The translations under genes were made by a program, and so were the position numbers. A DNA stretch of 64,000 nucleotides, from assembly GCA_025201805.1 (NCBI GenBank), contig MU619281.1, positions 84,094 through 148,093 on the forward strand, written 5' to 3'. This document shows positions 1-12,515 of the stretch, piece after piece (position 1 is the stretch's first letter; each line of letters opens with the position of its first letter). Under the pieces are notes generated by a model. That model saw nothing but the letters and a program-made list of their open reading frames with translations. It ran no database searches and had not been told where the DNA came from. This DNA comes from Parasitella parasitica NRRL 2501 (Eukaryota; Fungi; Mucoromycota).

Positions 1-2133
1 GTGTTGACTCGGCGCTATCTGGCGAAAACATTTGTATGATGTTTTTATTGAAATCTAGAAAGTTATCTGCAGAAACCATACAAAAATCGCATATAAACGC
101 TGATAGGCTACGATAAAGAGCAACATAAACACTGTCGCATATGCTGTAATTATTTTAACCTGTAAGTTCATCCTCAGCAGTGCGGAGTCATTAAATTTAA
201 AATTGTCTCCAGTATAATGAGGTAGCAAATACCCTAAGAAAGTGCTAATCAGTTATTACATGCAAATTACTCTATTTTACTGATCACTCTGGATAGAAAC
301 ATCACACCGACATGAAACTGTACAGAGAAGTAGAGGTAACATGGGCAAGTACTGCATAGAAGTTTGGTACGATATGGATTTGAGGTATTCAATAATGTTG
401 ATCGCAAACTTTTGGAAGATCTTTTTGTCTTTGCAGCAAGTTTGCTTTCCTCACAAATGCATGGATGGGTTTAGTTTCAAACGTCTATGTTTCTATGGGT
501 AGGTTCGAGTTAGGTTCTAATTGTCGCGCGAAAGTTGTACTTTGTGTTGCAAACTAACATAAAGCTTGCTTTCGGTTTGATAAATAACTAAAAATTCTTT
601 TTGTCTAAGGGAACCTAACTTGTGAAAACGTTTGAAAGCTTGGATGTAACGAAATTAATAAAAGCAATCTGTTGGGAAGATAGTCATTCATACGCACAGT
701 ATCTCTACTTGGCGTTTTTTCTTGTTTGTTTGTGTTTGCATGCATGCATGTGGTTCTTATTCCATTGCTTGTTATATAGCAAGGTTCTCATAGCACGAAA
801 GTATTTTTTTGTGTTGGTGTTCGATAACAACACTTCGCAGAACTATCTGAAGTGCCCATAGATGTGGTGTTTTGTGTTTAGTACTGTAACTTACAGTACT
901 TCTCTGTCGTGTGGATGAAATACTGTATTTCAAAATGGCCATTTACAAAGGCGTCATATATTTGAAGTTTATTAGCTGGGCCATATAAGAAGAGCTTGTG
1001 CACTTTCTTCTGAGCAAGACGACTGAAAGAAAGTTCAAAACCAACCGAATCTAAGGAATCTAAAGGGCATGTCTACTTCTAACTTCGTAAAAGTTCGTAA
1101 AAACAAGACAAGATAAGAATAAAAGGCGAAGGCAATGTATCAATGCTATATACCCTTGGTAAAGTTCTCTTTTGTAAAGCGTTCCTTTCGAAAAGGCGTA
1201 GGACACTAAGGAAAGCAAGATGCACACGTTTCAGAACACAAACAATTAAGTGTGTGTGATCCCTTATTTCTTGTAGGGTTTCTAGTTATTTGGCAGGAAT
1301 CATCATTTGAATTTGTGCTAGTTTCGCATCTTTTAGAGCTTGAAAGGGGAACTATAGAGAAGGATATTGCGATATTCCATATCAAAATTTACGAACGAGC
1401 ATGGAGCTAGCAAACACTTACGGGTGTAAGCCTTTATATAATAGTCGTGGTGGATGGCAGTTTATGATCACTGCATCTAGAAACCAGTGGTTTGGCTCAC
1501 CGCGCTTGTAATTCTACTAATAATCAGGCCAAAGAATGGTGAGATACGAATGAAATCTGCTATAAATGTAGCTAATAAAATAGGAAAATTAAACTAGGTG
1601 TGCTGTGCAACTGAAGATATGGTTGACTACTTGACCAAAAGAGTAGGAAACTAAAAACATAGCTCATGCAATTGATAGCCATGTATTTTTTCCAAAAAGG
1701 CTTGACAAGCCTGCAGCTTACCTTTAGACAAACAAACTGTAGGCAACGGCACCATCAAAAAGGTCAGTCAAGATAATTGGTCTAGTGTCGAATACAAACC
1801 AGATAATGAGCATCATCATGGTTTGGGATACAATTTAGTGAATTAGTCCATCTCCCTCGAAACCAAAAAACTACAAAAGCATGATATACAATATGTATCT
1901 CATAGCACCATCCTATAAGTATACTCCAAATGAAGAAATAGGAATATTTTCAATGAATAAAATGGCAATACATTTTTCCTGGTCAATTTGCCGTAACAAG
2001 CCATGCATTGATTGTTACAGCATATTTTCCGTGGAAACTGAATCTCAAAAATACATATAGTCAACTAAAGGCTCAGTCGTGTTGCAACCAGTCGTGTTGC
2101 AACCTTTCTTTTTTAAAGCAACTCTTTTAAAAA

Positions 2134-2793
2134 ATGTCAAACTATTATTTTGCAATTGTGGGGGCAACTGATAACCCTATATATGAGACTGAAATAGTGC
2201 CATCATCGCGCTCTTCAGCTTTTGTAGATTCGAATAAAGTATGTTAGTCAATAATGGCGCAAAGGTCATTTGGTATTTAACATATTGCTTGTAGCAAAGA
2301 GACGATCATAAACACTTGAATCAATTTATTATTCATGCAGCACTAGATGTAGTGGAGGAATATCAATGGAATACAACAGCCATGTAAATTTATAGTTGAA
2401 AAGAACTAGTCTATTTTTGCTGAACTGAATTTCGTTAGGTACCTCAAGTCTATTGATCGATTCAACGAATTTTTTGTATCTTGTTTTGTTACTGCCGGAA
2501 GTAGGTCTTTTTTTCTGTCTATTTACACGAATAAAGCACTGAATACATTTTCAAACAGGTGTCAAATTTATGCTATTGCATGACCAAAAATCAGAAGACA
2601 GTATAAAGCAGTTCTTTACAGAAGTATACGAGTTATATGTTAAGGTAAACTTACATTTCCATTACAAACAAACAAATGGCTAAAATCAATTTTTATACAG
2701 GTGCTGATGAATCCGTTTTACGAGAAAAACTCAACCATCACCAACCCATCATTTGACAATCGCATCAAACTTGTAGCAAGGCGTTTTCTTTGA
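2134..2793 (+). CDS. TRS20: TRAPP complex subunit Trs20/sedlin (TRAPPC2), 5 exons; absent from the ORF track
   Basis: Manual splicing gives [18 protein letters not shown]...[21 protein letters not shown]...[28 protein letters not shown]...VLMNPFYE...RRFL*, the sedlin signature, with GT-AG introns. Confidence 0.93.
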
Positions 2794-2863
2794 ATAAATA
2801 TCTCCTTTTTCTTTATTTACAGTGTACAAATTATTGTTACTTGTGATATATTACGGATGTTAA

Positions 2864-5443
2864 TTAATTTTCTTCCTCTTTTATTTCTTCCTCGTCGTCA
2901 TCGTCCTCATTATTATCCTCCTCTTCGTGATCCGTGTCCTCGTCAGCATTGTTTGTCCAGACTCGAAGTCTTTCCTTAAAATATCTTTCTAGTCGATTAG
3001 CACATCGTGTGTAATTAGTTGCTTCAGCATTGTAGGCTCTGCAATTGTCGAATATCTTGTAAACATCTCGAATAAACTCTTCCATGGTGCGATATACATC
3101 TGACTCAACATTCTCATCCAAAGTAGTGAGGTCTAATAACAAGCATTTAGAATCCGTTCCTACGCATGGCATCATATATTTACCCATTGGTTCAGTAATA
3201 ACGTCGTAGTAATCCGTTACCTCATCAGCATTGACAGCTTCATGGAATGGCCAGGAATATGCATTTGCTCGTAGTTCGGTCACCAAATGTCTCATTTGAT
3301 TGTAGTGTGGAGGGCGGCGAGGTCGATTTGATCTATGGAAACCGTTAGATGTGATATTGCGAATATGGTAATTATACTTGCAAAGCATCCATTTCTGGTG
3401 TCCAGCCAGATTCTTTGACTCCGGCCACTTTGTACGGGTCGATGCTCCTCTTTCCTTCTTCATTCAGAGGCATTTGAATGCCTGGGTATACTATATGTGA
3501 TGTAGAATATTCTTTCATCTTTTCATAAACCGACTTTTTTTGGATTGCCAGCGTATCATGGACATAGAGGTATTTCACTTTGGGGACAGTTGTGCACTAT
3601 ATAGGCGTCAGTGGATGTCTGCAGCTTAATCCGGCCCATCCTCTTCTTGTTTACCTGCATAATTGTGCCACCTTCGTAATCCTTGATGTAACCAACCCAT
3701 TTCCTTTTGTCTAGAGTGATTTCTGTTGTAAAGCCCTGCTTTTTAAAGTATCCAGTGGCATAGTTGTCTGCATAAGTCAAGTAATGTTTCATATTGGTGT
3801 TGGTAGAAACGTAGTCCTTCAAATGATTCATCAGAAATGAGCCATAGCCCTTCACCTGTTCTGTCGAAGCAATAGCGCAAAACACAATCTCTGCGAATTC
3901 TTGTGGATCAAACGGACGATAGCAGATACCACCAATAACCTTCATCGGCTTTCGTATAAGAGCCATACTTTTATGATTGCGATCATACACTAAGCGTGCA
4001 ATATACTCCTTTGGCATTTTGGGGAGTTGCTTTTGGAAGATGTTTTTGAGGCCTGTCAAAAGAATCATGCTGTCTCGAGCACCATCGTTCTCTACTACTC
4101 GCACTTCGATGATCCCTGTTCTTTCTTCGATCATTGCTGGGCTCTCTTTTTTTGCGACGTTTTTCAGATCACTCAGGACTTTGACTTTGCCTTCACTATC
4201 AAGAATACCGTCTTTTGCATCGAGCACCCCATTTACTTTGAGTGCCTCTTCATTTAACAATCGCTCCCCTTCCTCTGTAACACTCTTAATCCTGGGGATT
4301 TCTTGGCTGAGCAGCGCTCTTTCTGCTTTTGTCACAAGTGCCGTCTCATATTCTTCTTCGTCAATATCCTCATACTCATTGCCATCTTCTTCTTCAGGCT
4401 GAGGCCTAGGCACTGAGTTGGTTTCATTGCCTGATTTCTGACTTGTATCCATTGATTTACCATTAGAAAGCGGCTCTGGTGTGTCGGTAGTTTGACCTGG
4501 AAGCTTATCCAGCTCCATTGCGATTGCAGTTTTCACATTGTAATCTTTAGTATCTTTTTCGGATGCTATGCAGCTTTCTTCCGTTTCCAGTTGTTTAAGC
4601 TCGTCTTCTGCATCTTGAAATTGGTCTTCTCCGTCCTCCTCTTCTTCCTCACCCTCATCTTCTACGTCGTCGTCAAATTCAAACTGGTCTTCCTCTTCAT
4701 CTTCGTCATCTGATTGGTCTTCTTCTTCCTCGTCTTCTTCTTCAAAAGGTTCATCGTCGTCATCTTCCTCTTGATTGACAGGTGCTTCTATCTCCTCATC
4801 ACTATCATTTTCGGAAGGCTTGAATCTTTTAGAAATATCTTCATCTTCCTCATCACTGCTTTCTCTGTGCCTTTTAGATGACTCTTCTAAAATAAAACAT
4901 GTATTAGACGCCTTTTTTTTATAGTTTTGATCTCCAAATATACCTCCATCAATCGATGAAGGCGAAGATGCCTCAGAGAGAAATGCATCGTCTTTTCGAG
5001 CTGCATTGTATGAAAGTTGTCTAATTACTTTGTCAGCAGTCCAAGCTAGACATATACAATAGATTGCATTGAATTTACTTTTTGAGAGATTGTATATCGT
5101 CGTCTGTATAATCATAATCCTCTATTTTCTCCTTTTCCTACAGCCCAGTTTGTTAATTGCTTGCAAAAGAGAAATGTCAAACACTTACCTCTAACAATTC
5201 ATCTATACGCAGCGCGACTCTCAACCGTCTCATAAAGTCTTGTTTACGATCTACATGTTGTTCCGTATCATGTCCACAGAGACAATCATAAGAGAATTCC
5301 ATTGAAAAATTAGGTCGCCAGCCTTGACAATCGCATTGATCGCAAGGCATATGTCTTGCTAATTTCAACAGCTTTTCGCTATCGCTCATGCTTGTAATTT
5401 GAGGAAACAGTTCGTCCAAAGACTCTGGCAAGTCGTTTGACAT
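2864..5443 (-). CDS. GCN5: Histone acetyltransferase Gcn5 (N-terminal Cys/His motif, acidic linker, GNAT domain, bromodomain), multi-exon
   Basis: [55 protein letters not shown] and IKDYEGGT (HAT domain); [23 protein letters not shown] (bromodomain). Start taken at MSNDLP (5443). Confidence 0.96.
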
Positions 5444-6034
5444 GACACTAATACATGAAAAGAAGAAAGTTTGCTTGATCCCCTTTTCGAAAGATTTTTT
5501 TTTTTTTGCATTTATTTTTGCAGTTCCCCTTATTTCTTTTTCAAGTAACGTCATCGTGCCAACACAGAGGTCTGCTTACACCACTTTATGAGTTGCTGGA
5601 TCACGAAGAAACGAAATGTCTACAACGATTACATGCTCATATGAGCCATGTGTAACAATTGGTGCAATACTTGGTCTTGTACATTAGGATCTAGCACAGA
5701 AGCACAGTCCAAAGCATTGATGACTTTATAAAGAGATGGTAGCTTAATAAAGGATTGTTTGGATTTTAGGCATGTTGGCTGCCAACACTCAAAGAAACGA
5801 TCAAAGACGCCTGCAATATTGTGATCGAAATAGATATCGTGCGCTTGATGCATCAACTTTGCTCTTATCGAGTTTTAGGTATTTGATTCGATGGTAGTGG
5901 TGGATGCCTTTTGTTTCCTTCAGCATGTTTGCAATGCTGGCAGTCACCTCATCTAATACCCTTTTGTTGACCACAAAACTTTTTCCAATGCTTGCAGAGT
6001 TCTTTCCTGAAGCAGAAAGTAAAACATTGAAACA

Positions 6035-8191
6035 ATGTCTCTACCTCCTAATAAGCGTAGAAAGGTAAATATTTTGTTGTAATATACGCTGCTCATTTAT
6101 TGATGCCATGATAAGATGCGCCCTAATAATGTGATTGCATTGGAAAGGGCCAAACAAGAATCATTGTTGAAAGAAGCCAAGAGGAAGAAAGGAAAAGGCA
6201 AGGAAGCCTCCTCTAAGAGAGGCACGAACATTAACGCTGAAATGGCCATAAATTCTACAGTAAGTGCTGTTATTTTTTGATCTTGAATATAAATACACAA
6301 ACAATGCTGAACTCCACTTACTTCAGCTTAGTAAAAAGCGTTCTAATCCCATACAAACAGCATCGGAAGCTCATTCTTCTGCTTCAGATTCTGATGATAC
6401 CGATAATGAAGTCAAAAATGAGCACACTAACAAAGTAAAAAAGAGACCATCATCCCAAAGAAGAGTTCGTTCTAGAGCAAAAACGGCGAGTGATAGCGAC
6501 TCTATATCCGGTTCTGATGATGCCGATAGCGCAGAAAAAGCTGCAAAGAGAACAACAGCATTGCAACGTGGCGAAAAGAACAAGCCAGCGCAACTAAAAA
6601 CAACAAAAGGCATTGTATCTGCATCTGATTCTGACGAGACAGATTATGAGCACACAATTAAAGCGGAAGCTACAACAGATGTCATATCTAAGTTTGACAC
6701 TACACCTCAGACTGTAGGCGACCATGCATCAAATTATAATGTTGAACACAAAACATTGAGATATAACCCAGATTCATCAGAAGACGAGACGTCAAATGAT
6801 CCAAACCCAGTATCAAATTCAATCAAAAAGGCTGATGTTATAGCGTCTACCGCTACTGACAATGCGAATGCATCATTAAATAGTAGACAATTTCGCGAAT
6901 CTATCACTAAACGTAACCACCTTGTCGGAAATCGCTTATCATTCAGAAGGACAGGTGAATATGATGCTTCCAAACCACCTGCTGTTAATTTGTCGAAAAG
7001 ACTCAACGACTCCTTCCTCCCGAGCGTTCAGCAAGACTTTTTCGTATCAGAGTCTGACTCAGAGCCCGATTCGGGAGAAGACTATGACACAAAAGAGTTT
7101 CCAACTTGGCAGCAAACACTATCCTGGAATAGAAATCCTGAAGAAGATCCATGGCCCAAACAACGCAAATTTGGGTATTCTGACAAATTGAAGTTAGAAA
7201 AGAGAATCAAAAAAATCTGCCGTGTAAGTTTGGTTCATCAAAGAGCATGTTCCGAACTGTCAGTTTGAACTAAACAAATATGGTTTAATAGAGGGAGAAC
7301 TTGTCCTTTAATGAGGCACAAGAAATTTTCTCTGGTAAACGCAAGCAGCACCTGCGTTTCTTCCAAAAAATAGCAGCTATCTTTCCCAATATTCCACTTT
7401 ATTTGCTGGCTAAAAGACTGAAAGAAACCTACCATATTAAACGAAACAGCACTCCATGGAGTAAGGCTGAAATTGAAATGTTGGAGGGTCTAATCGAGAT
7501 CCACGGCAATAATGCAGAACTCCTGTCTACTCTGATGGATCGCTCACCCAAAAATATCAGTGATTTCATTTTCAATCACAAAAGCTCAACAAAAACTGGC
7601 AATAAATGGTCTCAAGAAGAAGATGAGTTGCTGGCCAAGAGCATGGCTCAAGAGAACAAGAACAATTCTGGTAGAGTCTCATTTCTCAACGTGGAACCTC
7701 TCTTTAAAGGCGAAAGATCACAAAAACAGATATATGCCAGATACTACTATATTCGCCACCGCATCCAGCCAGACGGCACATTGGTTCCAAATAGACTAGC
7801 TACACCCATTGAAGAACTCGAGTATCTGAAAAATTTACTAAATCAAGTAAATGACCATGATCTTGAAGAAGAATCGCAGTTGGATTTTGCAAAGAATAGA
7901 GGCTTTGTGTAAGTGTATTTTTTTTTTTTTTTTTTTTTTNNNNNNNNNNATATTACCTTGATTGACTCATCAGTTTTCGATGTAGAAAACCAAACTTTTA
8001 TCTAAATAGCCGCACAAATGTCAAAGGGTTCGAGAAGATGTGCATCAAAGGTAAAAAGTATTTTTGCATATGAAACTGGTATAAATGCTTTTTCTTTCCT
8101 TCTAACTTGATATTCTATAGATATATTGAAGGAGTTGATTAGTAGACAAGAGCTCATTGTCAAATCTCGTAGAGGAGAAGGATTGTTGTAA
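6035..8191 (+). CDS. Myb/SANT-repeat DNA-binding protein, Reb1/TTF-I-like, multi-exon
   Basis: Myb-like repeats PWSKAEIEML..LIEIHG and KWSQEEDELL...RSQKQIYARY follow a long acidic/basic low-complexity N-terminus. Terminal exons were inferred from GT-AG sites and one intron contains an N gap. Confidence 0.7.
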
Positions 8192-8358
8192 ATATGAAGA
8201 TGTGATGCAGATGGAGATTCTATTGCGTCTAAAAACAAGCCACTGATTGTGTATAACATAAATTTGAATCGCCTTGTGTAAAATAGAGTTTTCTATATTG
8301 AATTGTTGTAAAACATGGTTTTTTTTTCTTCCCTGTTTAACAATTATATCTTTTTGCA

Positions 8359-9915
8359 ATGGTTTATAAATTTGCTAGTCTTTTGGTTATTGCCGCTGCT
8401 GCAATTTCATCTGTTGCTGCTCAGGCTCCCGCTTCTAACTTGATCAATGGCCAATGTGTTACTGCATACAATGCCTCTATGGATTACTTCCCTGAAAAGC
8501 TGGACACCAATGATGACAAGGCCACCTACTTTTCTATTGAATATCACAACAATTACAAAGTTGTAAAGAATAGCCGCACTGGTCGCACTTATGTTTTGGT
8601 TCAATGTGGCACTCCTCCCCCCACTGATGTTAATAATGCCACCGAGATCTATCAGATTCCCATCACAAAGGCCGCTGCTATGGAAACAACCGTTGTTCCT
8701 TATCTCGAGGTAAGTCTTTATTGTGTTTATGGTGTTTGGAGCCAGAGAAATACATGATACCAATGTAGTCCCCCCTGTAGATGATTGGTGCTGCCGAGAG
8801 CATCAAACTCATTGCGGACGGCAGTTTGGTCTCATCTCCCTGTTTCCAAAAGTACTTGAATACGGGAGATATTGTCCAATTGTCTGCTTCTAATGAGACA
8901 CTACAAGCTGAGCAAATCAAGAATGTGCAAGTTCAATTTGGCGTCAATCCTTATGAAGCTGTAACTGATTCCAACAACACTGTCACTACCGCTCAGTCGT
9001 ATGAACCTGATGTATTGGGCGTAAGAAACGATTGCCCATTCCATGCGAAAGATTCTCTAACTTTTTCTTCCTTCTTCAGCGTTCTTCTTGGCTTTCTTAC
9101 TATGCTGCTTTCTACAATCTTGAGTCCGTCGCTAACAACCTCACTCGAACGTTGACTGAAAACTACAACCGACTTAAGGAGGCTGCTGCTCACTACGATA
9201 CTAAGCCTGTTGTTGCCTGGACTACCTATGATGCTCCTAGTCAATACAACAACAACACGGCCAGTTATATCCTTAGCGAAGCTTCATACAAGGTTGGTCT
9301 TACAAACGATGCAGGTAAGCTTTATTTGCTGCGTGAGAGTAAGAACTCGATCATTTAGCTGTTTTGCTAGGCGCCACCATGCTGAATGCTTCTGCAACGA
9401 CATATTCGTCTGCTGCCGACCTCTTACAAGCCATCAGCAGCGTTGATATCTTGATAGATGAAACCTTTATTGGCTCCAACCTGACATCATTCTTGCAAAA
9501 CTACAATATCAGCAAAGCAGATCAGTCCAAGTACAAGTTTTTGGCCAACAAAAAAGTATATCGTGAAGATGGCATCTTGACCGCCTCTGGTGGCTACGAT
9601 TGGTTCGAAGCTCCTGTTGCCATGGCTGATGCTTTGCTGGAAGACATGATAAACGCTGTTAATCCCAGTGCTCCTTCTGAAAACTATGCACGTAACTGGC
9701 TTCGCAATATCGTTCTTGAAGAGCCCATCAAGACTACAACCGAAAGCAATTGCTCATGGGCAGAAGATGCTCCTAGACCCAATCTAGCTACTCAATTCAA
9801 TGGCTCCACATTCACTTTATCAAGTGGCGCATCTTCGGGTGCTGATAAAGCCATAACATTGAGTGTTGCTGGTACTTTAACGTCTGCTTTGGTCACCCTG
9901 GCTTTTCTTTTTTGA
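8359..9915 (+). CDS. Secreted, probably GPI-anchored periplasmic-binding-protein-like protein (CBA1/BtuF/iron-chelate SBP-like), 4 exons
   Basis: Signal peptide; FSIEYHNNYKVV..N...YVLVQCGTP and GGYDWFEAPVAMADALLEDMINAVNP motifs; Ser/Gly spacer followed by a hydrophobic C-terminus. Confidence 0.8.
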
Positions 9916-10104
9916 GCTGATTTCATTATTAGCTAATCAACTAGAATGATATGGACTGGTTCTATTACGATTTTGATTTTTGCATGAATTTAATAATAAA
10001 AACACTGCATCTCTTTACGCAATCACACTCTTTCATAAACAGATAAAAAGGTCACTATAATTGCGGTTCTTTCTTCTTTCTGACAAACGCAAAGTAACCC
10101 CAAA

Positions 10105-10905
10105 ATGCCAGCAAACATGCAGAAACGCATTTTGAACGAGATTAAAGATGTGTATGATGACGAGACAGCAAATTTACTTGTTTATGTTCCTGATGAGACT
10201 AATATATGTAAAAACCATTTACCAATTGTGTCGACATGCCACTTAATACATCTGTTTGTATAGACAACCTTTATGGATCTATTCCTGGGCCACCTGAAAC
10301 TCCTTACAGAGGTAGACTAAACAACTTGTATTAAATGACTCTTCTTGACTATATAAACATCCACAGATGGAATTTTCTTATTAGACATCAAACTACATGT
10401 AAAGTGATGCTAACAATCTTTTTTTTTTTTTTGTCATCAATCTGATTATCTGCTTGTATAGGAGAATCATCCTTTCACACCACCAGACATCAAATTCATT
10501 ACGAGAGTATTTCATCCCAATGTTAGCTCGCAAACTGTATGTATAGCAAGTGAAAAAAAAAAAAAAAAAAAAAGTTGATTAAAACAGCATTTTGGTCATT
10601 CATTAGGGTGCAATTTGTTTAGTAAGAATAAAGAAGTGTAGATTGATATTGAGAGAACCGGCTTGTAATGCTTTATTTAGGATGTTCTAAAAAGCAACTG
10701 GTCTCCTGCCATGACACTAAGACTCATACTCATGTCGATTCAAGCCTTATTGGAAAGTCCTGATCCAAGCTCCCCACAAGATTTCGAAGTTGCCGAAGTG
10801 TTTACATCAAACAAATCAGCTTTTCTCGGGAAAGCAGAGAAATGGGTCAGCGATTATGCCAATATTTCCTTGAATGATTATATCAACTCTTTATTTGATG
10901 ATTAA
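10105..10905 (+). CDS. Ubiquitin-conjugating enzyme E2, Ubc1/UBE2K-like core, 6 exons
   Basis: Spliced sequence: [82 protein letters not shown]. Confidence 0.9.
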
Positions 10906-11466
10906 CCAGCTGCTCACGATATATGGTAGATGTTTCGTAGTGTATTGGATCTATATTGCATTATTTCTCGATGTAAAACTTTCAACATACTAGATAAGAA
11001 TAAAGAACAGCTGTTTGATTCATATATAGCGGTTATAGTATTGTTAGATTTGGTCAGCTTCCAAAGCATTTATGTCATGTGTACATTTGTAAATATTCTT
11101 TCATAATTCGAGCAACAGCGCTTATCAATCGCGCCACATAATTAACATTGCTAAAAGAACACATCCAAGAAAAACAAAAACAAAAAATAAAGATCATTTG
11201 TATGATAAAAACATTGATGAAACCCCAGGGATTTACAGACATTTTTATGCATTATTGGAGATGGGCGTCTAATTACACGTACGCAATTCTTATTTGTATC
11301 GAGACGTTTAGAATTCAAATCTTGGTGGGCAATATGCATTCATTCCTTCATGGTTGATTTTTTAAATGCACTTTGTAGCTTCAAATAACAACTAGAGAGG
11401 ATTAGTAACACGCTCCCTTTTGATTCCAACACAGCGAAAAATTGCACTAAACCTTAATGCGGCTCG

Positions 11467-11475
11467 ATGAGTCAT
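11467..11475. promoter_or_regulatory. Gcn4/CpcA (AP-1-type) consensus ATGAGTCAT upstream of the methyltransferase
   Basis: Perfect ATGA(C/G)TCAT ending about 50 bp before the ATG at 11526. Confidence 0.4.
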
Positions 11476-11525
11476 GCTAAAATCCCCCTCTTGAAACTTT
11501 TTTCGCAAACTCTTTTATCATAGAC

Positions 11526-12371
11526 ATGTCTGCAGTAAACGTAAAATACGAAGGTGGCTCCTACTCCAAGTTTAGGCCTAGCTATTCTGATGAGATTTAC
11601 TCTCGCATTTATGCTTTCCATGATGAAAAGCATGGCAAATATGACCTCTTAGTTGATGTCGGCACTGGCACTGGACAAGCAGCTATCGAATTATGTAAAA
11701 AGTTCAAAAGCGTGCATGGTATCGACTCTCTCGAGGAGCAGATTAAAAATGCTACAAAGAGAGATAACATCGAATACCATGTTGGCCCTGGCGAGGATTT
11801 ATCTCGGTTCGAGGATAATTCTGTTGACATGATCACTGTTGGCACTGCTTTCCACTGGTTTGATCATGCTAAATTCTTCAAGGAAGCTAAGCGCGCTTTA
11901 AAGCAGGGAACTGGAACATTGGCTGTTTTCGGTTATTATTACCCTGTCATTTCCAAGGTCGGTGCAAATGGCAAGGCAGATGGGCTTGCCAAGGTAAATG
12001 AACTTGTCAAAGACCTGTTGGTTAAATTCGATCAATACACCAACCCTAATATTAAATATGTCAAAAGCATGTACCGTAACATTGACTTTCCTTTTAAGGA
12101 ACAAACCTGGTATATCACGCCTAAGTCTGAGGATATCACTAATATCAGTGAATCTGTAGCCAAATCTTTGATGGAAGCCTCCATGGATATGGAAACATAC
12201 AGGAATTACATGAAAACTGCATCTGCTTATGCCAACTACATGGAAGCTCATCCCAACGATGATCCCGTTGAAAAACTGACAAACGACATTAAGCATGCTC
12301 TGAACATTACAGATCAAGACATTGTTCACCTGGAATGGCCCACTTCCTTGGTTTTGGCAAGAAATGACTAA
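11526..12371 (+). CDS. SAM-dependent methyltransferase, trans-aconitate 3-methyltransferase (Tmt1/Crg1)-like, intronless
   Basis: YSKFRPSY, LVDVGTGTGQA (motif I), SVDMITVGTAFHWFD, ALKQGTGTLAVFGY. Confidence 0.88.
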   Translation: MSAVNVKYEGGSYSKFRPSYSDEIYSRIYAFHDEKHGKYDLLVDVGTGTGQAAIELCKKFKSVHGIDSLEEQIKNATKRDNIEYHVGPGEDLSRFEDNSVDMITVGTAFHWFDHAKFFKEAKRALKQGTGTLAVFGYYYPVISKVGANGKADGLAKVNELVKDLLVKFDQYTNPNIKYVKSMYRNIDFPFKEQTWYITPKSEDITNISESVAKSLMEASMDMETYRNYMKTASAYANYMEAHPNDDPVEKLTNDIKHALNITDQDIVHLEWPTSLVLARND

Positions 12372-12515
12372 ATATTTAACGTACAGTTTACATTTTTATT
12401 TTTGAGAATAAAATTAAATGAAGGGGGAGTTTATTAGAAGTAATGCGGGTTGTGTTATATGCTGTGGAGATATATAATAATGCATGCGTGCGCTTGAATA
12501 GCCGTCTAGACGACT

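Noticed and set aside
1-2050. Stop-riddled, coding-like stretches (also about 22650-22970 and 44950-45700)
   Set aside because: Possibly old TE or gene debris, but I could not recognise any family motif.
5629-5856. 75-aa ORF in the GCN5/Myb divergent region
   Set aside because: No recognisable motif or convincing gene structure; at best a decayed fragment.
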